Origin: Candidatus Heimdallarchaeota archaeon
GTDB lineage: Archaea; Asgardarchaeota; Heimdallarchaeia; Heimdallarchaeales; Heimdallarchaeaceae
Length of the DNA stretch: 64,000 nucleotides
Assembly: GCA_021399345.1 (NCBI GenBank)
Contig: JAAFKI010000182.1
Span: 9,937 to 73,936, forward strand
Direction of reading: 5' to 3'
The notes beneath the pieces were generated by a model, which was not told the origin of the DNA, ran no database searches, and saw only the letters and a program-made list of their open reading frames with translations. The position numbers and the translations under genes were made by a program. Positions 1 to 12,734 of the stretch are shown here, in pieces. Position 1 is the stretch's first letter, and every line of letters begins with the position of its first letter.

Positions 1-1249
1 GGAAGGTTTCAGATATGATCAGGTTAAGGACTTCAAAAAAGCTATTGCTATTGTTCCAACTAGTGCTAAAACTGGTGAAGGAATACCAGATTTGTTCTTA
101 GTGTTAGCTGGATTAACACAGCAATTTATGATGCAAAAACTAGAATATAGTGAAGGACCTGGAATAGGTACAGTTCTAGAAGTAAAAGATGAAGAAGGAT
201 TAGGAACAACAATTGATGTCATTCTTTATGATGGTGTGATAAAGAAGACGGATAAAATCGTTGTTGGGGGAAGAGAAAAACCTGCCTTGTTAAAGATTCG
301 TGCTCTTCTTGAACCCAAAGAACTAGATGAAATGAGAGATCCAAAAGATAAATTCAAAGGAGTAGACAAGATTTATGCCTCAGCTGGTGTTAAAATTGCA
401 GCACACGGTCTTGAGGATGCTTTAGCTGGAGCTCCATTACGAGTAGCACCTGTAGGCAAAGAAGATGAAGTATTCAAAGAAGTTGAAGCAGAATTAGAAA
501 GCTTTAGAATAGAGACAAAAACCAATGGAGTTATTCTAAAAGTAGACACCTTGGGAAGTTTAGAAGCATTAGTAGATATGATAAAAGAGAAAAATATTCC
601 TATTCAGAAAGCTGATATCGGTGATGTCACAAAGATTGACGTAATTGACGCATCAATAGTCGCAAACAAAACACCTGAATTTGCTGCAATTCTCTGTTTT
701 AATGTAGATGTACTTCCAGATGCACAAGAGGAAGTAGAGGTTAATGGAATCCAAGTATTTAATGAAAGAGTCATTTACAATCTTATTGATAGTTTTGAAA
801 GATGGATGATTGATACAAAAGATGCTATTAAATCTGAATCTCTTAAAGATTTAACAATGCCTGGTAAAATAACCATTTTGCCTAACCACACTTTCCGAGC
901 AAACAAACCTGCTATTGTTGGTGTAAAGGTTGTGGGCGGTCGTATTCAAACTACTCAAATGCTTATACGTGAAGATGGACAGAGGGTAGGAAGAATTCGT
1001 CAAATACAAGATAATCAGGAAACAATTAGAGAAGCTTCTAAAGGGAAACAAGTCGCTATTTCTATTAGAGGTCCTACTGTTGGGAGACAGATCAAAGAAG
1101 AGGATTCATTATTTGTTGATGTTCCTGAGAAACATGCTGTTTTGCTTATGAAAAGATTTAGTGAAATGATTTCCCCAGACGATATAAAAGTGCTTGAGGA
1201 ATTTGCAGAGATTAAGAGGAAAAATGTGAGTAAATTTTGGGGTTGGTAA
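1..1249 (+). CDS. infB: Translation initiation factor aIF5B/IF-2, 5'-truncated by the window edge
   Basis: Frame is open from nt 2 (EGFRYDQVKDFKKAIAIVPTSAKTGEGIPDL, end of G domain). Contains LEVKDEEGLGTTIDVILYDG, KVDTLGSLEAL and ISIRGPTVGRQI motifs of archaeal IF2. Confidence 0.96.
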   Translation, partial: EGFRYDQVKDFKKAIAIVPTSAKTGEGIPDLFLVLAGLTQQFMMQKLEYSEGPGIGTVLEVKDEEGLGTTIDVILYDGVIKKTDKIVVGGREKPALLKIRALLEPKELDEMRDPKDKFKGVDKIYASAGVKIAAHGLEDALAGAPLRVAPVGKEDEVFKEVEAELESFRIETKTNGVILKVDTLGSLEALVDMIKEKNIPIQKADIGDVTKIDVIDASIVANKTPEFAAILCFNVDVLPDAQEEVEVNGIQVFNERVIYNLIDSFERWMIDTKDAIKSESLKDLTMPGKITILPNHTFRANKPAIVGVKVVGGRIQTTQMLIREDGQRVGRIRQIQDNQETIREASKGKQVAISIRGPTVGRQIKEEDSLFVDVPEKHAVLLMKRFSEMISPDDIKVLEEFAEIKRKNVSKFWGW

Positions 1250-1354
1250 ATTTCCGTGTTAAATTTATTTGACTTAATAGAATTTTTCTTTTAACTGGGT
1301 AATCTATTTTTTAATAGTACTTAGTACATTCTTGAGCAACCTTTTGTGGTATTT

Positions 1355-2710
1355 TTACTCATTAGAGTATTTTTTCCACCAGTTTTCTACGAATTCTACA
1401 CTCTCTTTTTTCTTCAAACCATATCTTCTATGTGGTTTTACTAGGTGTCTTTGAGCTTGTGCAGGAGGAATTAATAATTCTCTCTGAATTTCTCGTGCAA
1501 TTTTAGTTTTTACCTTGGGAATATTTGAATCTTTAAAGCCACATTTCTTACATTTATGACCCTTATTTAGTCCAGCACTGGTCATTCTCTTGTTGCATTT
1601 AGGACACAAAGGTGAGGTTTCATAATAATGATCAGAGATAAAAATGATTTCACATTTTTCTAATTGAATTGTATGGGTTTCATGTTTTTGATTATATTTC
1701 ACTCCCCCATATGCGGTAATTTTGTCTCCTGGTAGAAGTTCACTTATTTTTCGTTTGAAGCTTTTACTTGGTTCAAAGGCTGCAATATCAACTAATTTCT
1801 TGCTTTTCTCAATAATCCCTTGTAAAATTACGTGACCACCTAGAAGAACCCTAGGTTTACTGGTGATTTCAATATCTCCTTTAAATACTCGATAATTTTC
1901 TATACTTTCATCTGCATATTTGAAATGCTGATCAGTTCCTTGGTTTGTTCTGAAAATACAATAAGCATCTAAGGGTTCCAATGTTTTAACAATAGATAAA
2001 GCTTCTAGCATCTTTTCAGCTTCTTCTCCTCTAATACCATAAAAGACTGGATCTGGTCCAGCTGGACATATCAAAACCTTGTTTGTCTCTTCATCAATAT
2101 TATTGAAGACTTCGGGGGTTAATTTCTTATCCATCTCATAAACAGATTCTTTGTTCAATCTTCTTTTTGTTCCAAGTAAATCAGATGATCTGTATGTTAA
2201 TATCTCATAGGTAAAATCTTCATTTCTTGGATTCAGAGTATTACCAATAGCAGCAAGTCCTCCAATTAAACCTCTACCATTTCCGATAAAGTAATGATCG
2301 AAACAGTGACTGGTAGCAATATCTTTTGCTTCTTCAATCAGGAGTACTTCAATTAATGCTCTCTTTGAGAATTCTTTAATGATTTCAGGTATGTTTCCTT
2401 TTACTACTACTAATCCTGGGTTTGTATTTTCATCTGGTAGATAATAACTCTCAATAGATTTCTTGATGGTAACAATTACTTGATCAACCTCTTCCTCTGC
2501 TGTTTTTATTGTGAACCCTATTGCTCCATTTCCTCTAGTTTTCCATGGGACATTTGGATTATTCCTGATAAGTCTGGGGTAATCCAAAAAAGTGACTCGA
2601 CCATCAATTTCTTCAATTATTATTGTTGCTAGATGAGTTGTACAGCTTCCTTGAAGAGAATCTGTGTCATCAAAGCCAATATGAAGAATAGTGTCCCTTT
2701 GTAAAGTCAA
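1355..2710 (-). CDS. tiaS: tRNA(Ile2) agmatinylcytidine synthetase
   Basis: HIGFDDTDS..CTTH, RNNPNVPWKTRGNGA, GPDPVFYGIRG, RTNQGTD, OB fold and C-terminal CPKC/CKKC Zn ribbon. Confidence 0.95.
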   Translation of the reverse strand: MTLQRDTILHIGFDDTDSLQGSCTTHLATIIIEEIDGRVTFLDYPRLIRNNPNVPWKTRGNGAIGFTIKTAEEEVDQVIVTIKKSIESYYLPDENTNPGLVVVKGNIPEIIKEFSKRALIEVLLIEEAKDIATSHCFDHYFIGNGRGLIGGLAAIGNTLNPRNEDFTYEILTYRSSDLLGTKRRLNKESVYEMDKKLTPEVFNNIDEETNKVLICPAGPDPVFYGIRGEEAEKMLEALSIVKTLEPLDAYCIFRTNQGTDQHFKYADESIENYRVFKGDIEITSKPRVLLGGHVILQGIIEKSKKLVDIAAFEPSKSFKRKISELLPGDKITAYGGVKYNQKHETHTIQLEKCEIIFISDHYYETSPLCPKCNKRMTSAGLNKGHKCKKCGFKDSNIPKVKTKIAREIQRELLIPPAQAQRHLVKPHRRYGLKKKESVEFVENWWKKYSNE

Positions 2711-2750
2711 CTTAATCCAAAGTAGAGATTAATTTGAGTAATATAAAAAA

Positions 2751-3482
2751 TTAGATAGAATACCAAACTTCGCCTCTTCTATCTTTCTCATATTTAATGA
2801 ATTCAGTTTCATTAGCTAAGTGGTCTAATCGGCTACCCAAATCTCCTCTCCACATTCTCATTAGACTAGCAAGCTCAGTTAATGAAACTTTATTTTCTGG
2901 CTTGTTTAGTAAAATCTTGAATATACTTCGAATTATATCTCTATCATGATAATCATAAACTGTTTTCTCAACTAAATCATTGAATCTAATGTAAGCCTTG
3001 TTTATCTCTTGAATAAAGACCTTTCTTTCTGAATCAAGCTTTTGGATATCTATAATGTTTTCTTTTACGCAATCTCTGATATCAGCGAGCTCTTTCGAAA
3101 TCTGTATTTTAAGCTCTTGTTTCTTCTTAGATTCTTCTTTTGAGGAGTCTTGAGCAGCTTCACTTGTAGAAAAATAGTTTACATTAAAGGTATTTTGACC
3201 TACATCGATGATTAAAGAAAAGGCTTGATTCAACTTTGCATATTTTCTTGTAGGACCTTTATCACTCACCCTTTCCACCATTGATACAATGCCTATATTT
3301 TCAAGCTCAGCTAGATATTTTGCAATAATCCTTGGAGAAACACCTAACAATCGAGAAAGCTGAAAAGAATAAAGATCTTCTTCTGATAATAATTCGAGAA
3401 TTTTTCTTCTAGTAGAATTTGATAAAAAGTCTAAAATCTCAAAAACATCTAACTCTTGGTCATCTTCTGTGTTCCCTAGCAT
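2751..3482 (-). CDS. ArsR-like winged-HTH transcriptional regulator, probable heat-shock regulator (HSR1/Phr-like)
   Basis: LSNSTRRKILELL...KYLAELENIGIV...GPTRKY wHTH followed by a coiled coil; lies in an operon with hsp20 and cdc48. Confidence 0.8.
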   Translation of the reverse strand: MLGNTEDDQELDVFEILDFLSNSTRRKILELLSEEDLYSFQLSRLLGVSPRIIAKYLAELENIGIVSMVERVSDKGPTRKYAKLNQAFSLIIDVGQNTFNVNYFSTSEAAQDSSKEESKKKQELKIQISKELADIRDCVKENIIDIQKLDSERKVFIQEINKAYIRFNDLVEKTVYDYHDRDIIRSIFKILLNKPENKVSLTELASLMRMWRGDLGSRLDHLANETEFIKYEKDRRGEVWYSI

Positions 3483-3512
3483 TTTTTCACCTCAACAAAG
3501 CAGGAAAAGGGA

Positions 3513-5756
<2,244 letters not shown>

Positions 5757-5770
5757 TCATAAATGTAAAA

Positions 5771-6445
5771 TTAGTTAATGGGAATATCTGTACCATTCCC
5801 ATTTTCGGTTTCCAGCAGTTTAAGCTTTACTTCTAGAATGCCGTTTTTCATAGTTGCGGAGATTTTTTTCTCCTTATCAATACTATATTGAATAGGGATT
5901 TTTGTGTCGATTTGTTTCTTACCATTATCTGCTTCTAGTTTTAATCCTTGTTTGACAAATTTTAACTTAACATGTTCCTTAGCAAAACCTGGAAGCTCAA
6001 CAATTAGATATAACTCTTTGTTGTTTTTATCGACTTGAAGATCATAAGCTGTTTCATATTCGTTATCCTCTTTTTGAATAGGTGTGGCTATAGTTTCCTC
6101 AGTACCACTGACAAGTCTTGGACGACCAAAATTCCCAATCAAACGATCTAAACCTGGGAAAATATTGGCAAATCTCTCAAAAGAACGGGTGAAAAAATCA
6201 TTATCCAAATTAAAAGATCTTTCAAGACTATGAATTTTATCGAAGAGTTCTTTACCATATTTGTCAGGAATCTCCCCTAATTCACTATATTCTTCTTTTC
6301 CTTCAGCGTCACGTTTGTAGTCATATCCATACTCTTTTTCAACTCCATTAACATTGGAGTAGAAACGAACAGTTCTGAATTCCTCATTAATACCTTCTGG
6401 GAATTCATCTTTATCTCTCTCTTTCTTGTCTTTCATTATAATCAC
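5771..6445 (-). CDS. Small heat-shock protein (Hsp20/alpha-crystallin domain); likely start is the ATG at 6436
   Basis: C-terminal VELPGFAKEHVKL...ATMKNGILEVKL...IPI (IxI motif). Confidence 0.88.
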   Translation of the reverse strand: MIIMKDKKERDKDEFPEGINEEFRTVRFYSNVNGVEKEYGYDYKRDAEGKEEYSELGEIPDKYGKELFDKIHSLERSFNLDNDFFTRSFERFANIFPGLDRLIGNFGRPRLVSGTEETIATPIQKEDNEYETAYDLQVDKNNKELYLIVELPGFAKEHVKLKFVKQGLKLEADNGKKQIDTKIPIQYSIDKEKKISATMKNGILEVKLKLLETENGNGTDIPIN

Positions 6446-6453
6446 TTTAAATT

Positions 6454-6520
6454 GAAAGTATTTTACTTTCGGTATTGGACTTTCTGTTCAATACTAAAAG
6501 TCTCATACTGATATATAAAT
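6454..6520 (-). promoter_or_regulatory. hsp20-cdc48 promoter with two inverted repeats (candidate repressor operator)
   Basis: Minus-strand TTTATATA box at about 6512-6519 preceded by purine-rich GAGAAAG. Perfect IR GAAAGTA-N3-TACTTTC at 6454-6470 and near-perfect IR GTATTGGAC-N5-GTTCAATAC at 6472-6494. Confidence 0.55.
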
Positions 6521-6636
6521 CTTTCTCTTATACCTTTTGTCTTTATGGCTAATAATTCATATTTTTAATAGTCTATTGACTATACTTATAGTTTATATTC
6601 TGAAATCTTTTTGTTCATATTATACGAGGAATAAAG

Positions 6637-7221
6637 ATGGAAGCTAAAAGGTGTTGGGGGGATAAAGATGATCTCTCTAGAGATTACCACGACAATGAAT
6701 GGGGAACTCCAGTTTATGATGATACAATATTATTTGAGTTTATAATTTTAGAAGGAGCACAAGCTGGATTAAACTGGATGACTATACTAAGACGAAGAGA
6801 AGGTTATAGAAAAGCTTTCAATGGTTTCGATTTCAATAAAATAGCCAAATATAACGAGAAGGATGTTGAAAGGTTATTACAAGATGAAGGAATAATCAGA
6901 AATAAATTAAAGATTAACTCTACTATTCTCAACGCTCAAGTCTTTCTCAGGATACGTGAGGAATTTGGAACCTTTAGTAATTATATCTGGGAATTTGTGG
7001 ATAACAAGCCCATAAACAACAACGTAAAATCATGGAAAGAAGTTCCTGTTACAACAGAAATTTCAGATAAAATATCAAAGGATCTGAAAAAAAGAGGAAT
7101 GAAGTTTGTTGGAAGCACCATTATCTACGCTTTTATGCAAGCTGTTGGTATGGTAAACGATCACTTGGTGGATTGTTTTAAGCATAAAGAAATAACTACA
7201 AAACCTTATGAATTTAACTAG
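6637..7221 (+). CDS. tag: DNA-3-methyladenine glycosylase I
   Basis: RCW..YHDNEWG, LEGAQAGLNW, IIRNKLKI, FVGSTIIYAFMQAVGMVNDH..C. Confidence 0.95.
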   Translation: MEAKRCWGDKDDLSRDYHDNEWGTPVYDDTILFEFIILEGAQAGLNWMTILRRREGYRKAFNGFDFNKIAKYNEKDVERLLQDEGIIRNKLKINSTILNAQVFLRIREEFGTFSNYIWEFVDNKPINNNVKSWKEVPVTTEISDKISKDLKKRGMKFVGSTIIYAFMQAVGMVNDHLVDCFKHKEITTKPYEFN

Positions 7222-7248
7222 ATTGATTCTAGAACTTTTTTTCTCTAG

Positions 7249-7914
7249 TTACTCTAAAGGTTCTTTGAGCTTTGAGTAAATAGCACTCAGTCTTTCATAG
7301 AACCCCTTTGTATGATAAGTATGAGTAAGTTTCAATTCATACTTATCATAATGATGTCCCCATTCGTGAATCAATGTTCTAAGAAATGTTTTTGGTGCTA
7401 CATACTTCTTGGTTTTAGCCGTCCTACTGTAAACAGAGATTGAATGTCTTTGATTTTCCCCTCCCCGAGTCTTATAAACTCCATAATATTGCCCCCCTCG
7501 TCTTGTTAAGCGTCTTTTACCTCCTGTATACACATGTAAATGAGGTAATTTATAGGTTCTGTTTAACTCAGCAAGTGTCTCATTTGCATAGTTATTAATT
7601 GCTTCTTCATCTCCATTTTTCAAGGCTTCAGCAAGAAATTTTACTGCAACTTGCAGAACCTTAGCACTCCCTCTAGGTAAAGAATTAATAGTTGTTTCCA
7701 GAGATTTTTTGTAATCCTTGGCCTGGGAAGCAGACCAGTTTCTAGTTTTAGTCTTTGGTTTTGGAGGTTTCATTGTGGGAGTCAATAATGAATAGGGAAC
7801 TCTAAATGTATGAGATTCTGTTTTTACTGTAACCGTTTTCTTGTTCTTCCTTACAATACTTCCATGAAGAATTTCGCCTTTATATGGAAAACTTACAATT
7901 TTGATCTCATTCAT
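7249..7914 (-). CDS. Basic protein with N-terminal SH3/KOW-like segment and C-terminal HEXXH zincin (SprT/WLM-like) domain
   Basis: TLIHEWGHHYD...TYHTKGFY motif; very Lys/Arg-rich; beta-rich first 45 aa. Confidence 0.6.
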   Translation of the reverse strand: MNEIKIVSFPYKGEILHGSIVRKNKKTVTVKTESHTFRVPYSLLTPTMKPPKPKTKTRNWSASQAKDYKKSLETTINSLPRGSAKVLQVAVKFLAEALKNGDEEAINNYANETLAELNRTYKLPHLHVYTGGKRRLTRRGGQYYGVYKTRGGENQRHSISVYSRTAKTKKYVAPKTFLRTLIHEWGHHYDKYELKLTHTYHTKGFYERLSAIYSKLKEPLE

Positions 7915-7983
7915 AAACTATCTCTCGTACAAGCCCTTCTATTATGTTTTTAGTTTCTGTAATTCTCAAATGATATTGTCATC

Positions 7984-9048
7984 TCACTCTATTAAAAGTG
8001 ATTGAATTAATTCATTGAATCTGGGGATTGAAATGCCAGCAATATCTTTGACCAACTTAGCAACATATTCCAAATGGAAAGCTGTTTCTTTGATCTGTTG
8101 TTTTGTTTCATCCCTTATACCTGCTATTTCCGATTCTTGTTCTAGAAAAATGAACATATCCATAATTCTCCTTGTAGCAGCTAGAATCTCAAAGTATTCT
8201 ATATCTTGTACTTCTGACCCCAATATTTCTTCATAAAACTTCAAAACCATATCTCGAATTTCCTTGGATGTGTACGCACCTGTTAACAGCAATGTCCAAG
8301 CAAGATCTTGACGAAAATCACCAACAAAACATGCTGGCCAATCAATTACGTATGCTTTGTCTTCTTCTGAAATAATGATATTATGAGGATGATAATCATT
8401 ATGAAGTATTGAAATCCTCTCAAATTTTAAAGTGTGTTTTTTCTCTTTGAGCCATTGAAAAATGGGATTTAAATCCTGAAGTTGAAATTTTTCAACCCTT
8501 TTTCCAGAATTTTTTATTAATCTATCCAGTAAGTAACTAGGAGTTATTTCTATTTCTGATTCAAAATCTATTGGAAGTATTTTCCAATCCAAATTATGAA
8601 GTTCCACGAATAGTTTTGTTTGTATAGGAAGAATTTCATTTGTGATTTTTTCTAAATTTCCTTCTTGCAAGGCTTTGGTAAAATCATCCCCCATATCCTT
8701 ACCACTAATTCTATCCATAATGATAAAGGGGTATTCGAAATATTCTAAATCCAACTCAAGAACATGAGTTTCTGGTACAGGGTATCCTGCCTTAAACAAA
8801 GATGTTAGGACCTCAAATTCCCATTTTGTTTTCTTTTCGACATTACTACCTGGATAAATTCTGAGAATTAGTTGCTTTTTCATAGAATCTCCCTCTTCTA
8901 TGTATTTGTATTTAAAAGAAAATAGCTCTGTTTCCCAACCCTTTGCAAGTGATGTTATTTCTGATATTCTACTTTCTCTCCTTTCTGGGAATTTATTCTC
9001 AAAATATCTAGTAAGATTTTCTTCAATTGATAAAACTGATAAAGGCAT
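7984..9048 (-). CDS. Aminoglycoside/choline kinase-like (APH family) phosphotransferase
   Basis: LILRIYP, YPVPE, LHNDYHPHNII, VIDW, GDFRQDLAW. Start placed at MPLSV (9048) to avoid overlap with the divergent ogt. Confidence 0.85.
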   Translation of the reverse strand: MPLSVLSIEENLTRYFENKFPERRESRISEITSLAKGWETELFSFKYKYIEEGDSMKKQLILRIYPGSNVEKKTKWEFEVLTSLFKAGYPVPETHVLELDLEYFEYPFIIMDRISGKDMGDDFTKALQEGNLEKITNEILPIQTKLFVELHNLDWKILPIDFESEIEITPSYLLDRLIKNSGKRVEKFQLQDLNPIFQWLKEKKHTLKFERISILHNDYHPHNIIISEEDKAYVIDWPACFVGDFRQDLAWTLLLTGAYTSKEIRDMVLKFYEEILGSEVQDIEYFEILAATRRIMDMFIFLEQESEIAGIRDETKQQIKETAFHLEYVAKLVKDIAGISIPRFNELIQSLLIE

Positions 9049-9106
9049 GTAAGAATCTCCAAGTGGTATTTGTTTATATACTGAAACAATTAAAAAAAAT
9101 TGTGAT

Positions 9107-9631
9107 ATGATGAAAATAGTAATTTCCAAAAATAAAGAAAATTGGGCAGGGATTCTGTTAAATGAAGAAAAACTATACTACTCCCATTCTTCGTTTAAAA
9201 ACAAGAAAGATGCTATTTCCTATTTGTCAAAAATTGTTGATGAAGATGTAAGTGTTGAAGAAAATGAACATCCATATATCAAAGCTTTAATCGGAATTGA
9301 AAATGGAACCGATTATAATTTACCTAATATAGAATTTGATTTTACTGGTTTTACTGATAAAGAAACAAAAGTACTCCAAACACTCTTTGAGGTTCCTGTT
9401 GGAGAAACTATTTCTTATGGGGAACTTGCCAAAAAAGCAGGTTTTCCAGGGGCTGCTCAATTCGTTGGTAATGTAATGATGAAAAACAGATTTGGTCCAA
9501 TTATTCCTTGTCATCGTGTTATTCTATCTAGCGGGAAACTTGGTAAATTTGCAGGTGAAGCAAACAATCCAAGGAAAAAACAGTTACTTAATCAAGAAAA
9601 AAGAACAAAGGGATTAGATAGTTTTCTCTAA
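9107..9631 (+). CDS. ogt: Methylated-DNA-protein-cysteine methyltransferase
   Basis: VPVGETISYGELA and active-site IPCHRV. Confidence 0.92.
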   Translation: MMKIVISKNKENWAGILLNEEKLYYSHSSFKNKKDAISYLSKIVDEDVSVEENEHPYIKALIGIENGTDYNLPNIEFDFTGFTDKETKVLQTLFEVPVGETISYGELAKKAGFPGAAQFVGNVMMKNRFGPIIPCHRVILSSGKLGKFAGEANNPRKKQLLNQEKRTKGLDSFL

Positions 9632-9662
9632 TCTACTTGAGTCCTTTATCTGAAAGAGGAAA

Positions 9663-10067
9663 TTAACCCATTGAATGAACATATGTTGGTTTTATCCTTA
9701 TTAGAATCCTAATTTCACCTTCAGGAAGTGGATACATATCTTTACCCATATACTTCATAGCAAGCTTGTTAATGTGATCTTCCGCTCCTTCCTGTGTCAC
9801 CTCTATTATATCCCCTTGAACTCCAAGATATCTATAAGGATTAGAACTATCAAGAACACTCAAAGCAACCTTTGATCCCACTATCATATTTCTTGTTTTC
9901 TTTCGTCCCTTTGCAGTATTTACAAGAATTTCGTTTTTATTCAAATCGTAATCAATCCACATAGGAGTGACCTGGGGAGAGCCATCTGGATTTATAGTAG
10001 CGACATTAGCAATATTCTTTCCAAGAAGTAAATCTTGATTTTCTTTTGTAATGCTCATTTTCATCAA
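9663..10067 (-). CDS. PPOX-class (split beta-barrel, putative F420/flavin-dependent) oxidoreductase
   Basis: VATINPDGSPQVTPMW, GRKKTRN, NPYRYLGVQG, HINKLAMKYMG. Confidence 0.85.
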   Translation of the reverse strand: MMKMSITKENQDLLLGKNIANVATINPDGSPQVTPMWIDYDLNKNEILVNTAKGRKKTRNMIVGSKVALSVLDSSNPYRYLGVQGDIIEVTQEGAEDHINKLAMKYMGKDMYPLPEGEIRILIRIKPTYVHSMG

Positions 10068-10117
10068 TTCAACATTCTTAAATCAGATAATAAATCTAGT
10101 TTTTTCACAAAAAAAAC

Positions 10118-11620
10118 TCAATTATCTAAAACGAAATTTGGTTTTGGAGGTTCAGCTGCGAATCTATAAACTTTAGTCAAAGCTGTAATGATGAAAGTTG
10201 TGATAAGAAGAAAGATTCCAGATCCTGTTATTGTAATAACCAAACCAATTGAATCTGCAGTTAAACCTGATAATGCCAAACATGCAACACTTAATACTTG
10301 TATATATGCATTCGTTGCACTATAAGCTCTTCCCCTTATTTCATTTGGAACATTTTCAGCAAATAAAGCATTGATAGCTAGACTAAACATTCCGTTGAAA
10401 AAGCCCATAGTTAAACCTGCAAAAAGCAAAATAATGAATCCTGGATTGAAGAAAAACACAAAATAATATCCAGCTATTGCCATTGACCCAAGCAACATTG
10501 CTCTTGGCCTCCCTATTTTTTTCTCAAATTTTCCAAAAATAAGATTTCCTAAAATTGACCCTAAGGCACTACTCGCTCCAAGATAACCATATTGTTTATC
10601 AGAGAGATTTCTCAAAATTTCCATAAATGAAAATTGATAATTTTCGAAAACCGCTCCGAAGTAATGTGTAGCTAAATATGCAGGATTAGCTCCTCTGAAT
10701 ACAGTTGATGGAACATTGAAATACTGAATTGCTACAGCGTTATGTTTTATTTCATAGAGATATGGGAGCAGAAGCGGTCCAGCAAATGCTGTTCCAATTA
10801 TCAAGAAAGTAAATAAGAAAATTAACAGTCTAACAGTTGGATGTTTTATTAAAAACGCGAATCCATCCTTCAAATCACTGAAAACTAATTTGAAACTTAT
10901 TTTTTCTTTCTTTTCTCTTGATGCTGAAGGTATAGTTGTAAAGTAAATAATCACAGCTGAAACGAAGAAACAACCACTTGTTATCCAGAATGTTTGTTCT
11001 CCTAATAAAACGTAAATTGGTGCAGCAAAAATTGGTCCAAGCACGGCTAATGTTTGAAAGACTAATTGGCTGAGGGATATAGCTTTGACATAAAGTCTCA
11101 TTCCTGTTATCTCAGGTATTGCTGCAGAACGGGGAGCAACAAAGGTAGCGGATGCAGCACCGAGAATGAAAGTAATAACTACCACACCATAAATAATTGT
11201 GTTGGTTGAAAAGACATAAGGGAGGAGTGGAAGCATTATAATAGATACCCCTCTTACTATATCTGCTCCAATCATGATTGCTTTTCGACTTACTCTATCT
11301 GCAAAAACACCTGCAATGGGACCGATAATTATCCATGGAATGGTTTGAGCTGCTAGGACTAATGTCATAGCTGTAGCTGATCCTGTCATACGATAGACAA
11401 AAAACATGATAGATATTCTAAATATTGCATCACCAAAATTGCTAAAGAATTGACCGGTCAACAATTTCATGAAATCTTTATTTTTAAATACTTCCAAGTA
11501 CGTAGGATCAGCTTCAGGAGAACTTATTACTTCAGTTGTTGGTTCAGAAGAAATCCCCTCTTCTAATGGAGATTTAGATTTATTTGGTGGGTCTGTTCCA
11601 TCAGTATTCAAGATTTCCAC
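10118..11620 (-). CDS. MFS transporter
   Basis: About 12 TM segments, GVFADRVSRK motif A, ENVPNEIRGRA. Confidence 0.9.
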   Translation of the reverse strand: MEILNTDGTDPPNKSKSPLEEGISSEPTTEVISSPEADPTYLEVFKNKDFMKLLTGQFFSNFGDAIFRISIMFFVYRMTGSATAMTLVLAAQTIPWIIIGPIAGVFADRVSRKAIMIGADIVRGVSIIMLPLLPYVFSTNTIIYGVVVITFILGAASATFVAPRSAAIPEITGMRLYVKAISLSQLVFQTLAVLGPIFAAPIYVLLGEQTFWITSGCFFVSAVIIYFTTIPSASREKKEKISFKLVFSDLKDGFAFLIKHPTVRLLIFLFTFLIIGTAFAGPLLLPYLYEIKHNAVAIQYFNVPSTVFRGANPAYLATHYFGAVFENYQFSFMEILRNLSDKQYGYLGASSALGSILGNLIFGKFEKKIGRPRAMLLGSMAIAGYYFVFFFNPGFIILLFAGLTMGFFNGMFSLAINALFAENVPNEIRGRAYSATNAYIQVLSVACLALSGLTADSIGLVITITGSGIFLLITTFIITALTKVYRFAAEPPKPNFVLDN

Positions 11621-11740
11621 GTTCCAAAAATATATTTAACGCACTTCTAAGGAACTATATAAATCTGATGAAATGAATAAATACAGATTATTAATTACAA
11701 GTTATTTGGGATGAGGGTCGCAAACTAAGTATTGCATAAA

Positions 11741-12556
11741 TTATTTGAGATTATAGCTAAATATATTTGTGTCGTAATTTTCATTTTTCAAATTAGATTT
11801 GAAACGATACACCTTTCTCTTTATCTTTTCTTCCTCTTCATTTGTTATATTTTCAAGATACTTCCATAACAGAGTTTGTTCATCTTTTTTCTTAAAATAG
11901 TCCGCAATTAATGAACCTACAACTACAGCTGCTGACTGTGTTACTTCAATTTTAGGAATAGATTTTGAATGAACTAAATCATACCCTTTAATCTCCATGG
12001 CACTCAGTTTTTCCAGATGTTGAGGATATATTGACATCATATGATTAATTATCTGACAATATTGATCCTTTAGTCGTAGTGTATACCCTAACTTCCTTAT
12101 TTTGGATATGTAACCCTTCTGTATTAATTCAATCTGAATTTTTTTCATTTCATTATAGCTAAATGATTTTCCTCCGCTTAAACCCTGCATATTTTCCCTA
12201 AGAATGTTAAAATGAGATTGAGATAATTTATCATAGGCAGATGCTAACAGGTTATCAAGAATTGCAAGAAAGTTAACTGTTATCTGATTTCTTGTGAAGT
12301 GTTTGCTATTATTTAATTTCTTAACAATCAATAATAATTGAAGGTTCTCAAATTGAGTTACGGCCTGAATAAGAAACTCTCTAGGAACATGTTCTTGGAG
12401 AACTTCAATCATCTCATCAATACATATTTGTACTTTCTCTTCCTGCTTTTCAAGTGATCGAAGAAACTTCTCTTTTGAATCTATTTCTACGTCAATTAGT
12501 GAAGATATCAAATCTTTTTTCAATTCTTTAGTATCTCCTCTAATGACTTCGGTCAT
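11741..12556 (-). CDS. Hypothetical all-helical protein
   Basis: 271-aa ORF with an upstream TATA-like element; no family recognised. Confidence 0.7.
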   Translation of the reverse strand: MTEVIRGDTKELKKDLISSLIDVEIDSKEKFLRSLEKQEEKVQICIDEMIEVLQEHVPREFLIQAVTQFENLQLLLIVKKLNNSKHFTRNQITVNFLAILDNLLASAYDKLSQSHFNILRENMQGLSGGKSFSYNEMKKIQIELIQKGYISKIRKLGYTLRLKDQYCQIINHMMSIYPQHLEKLSAMEIKGYDLVHSKSIPKIEVTQSAAVVVGSLIADYFKKKDEQTLLWKYLENITNEEEEKIKRKVYRFKSNLKNENYDTNIFSYNLK

Positions 12557-12734
12557 ATAATATAATCTGTACTTTCATTTATATACGCGGAAAAAAATAA
12601 TAGTGATTTTTAGGAAAAGAGTAAATTGGTATAAAAAGTCGGTTAGATAGTTGTTTACAGATACTGATTAGAGAGGGAGTAATTTAGAAAAAAGAAAGAA
12701 TACGAAAACTAAACCAAGTCTATAAAAAAGAATG

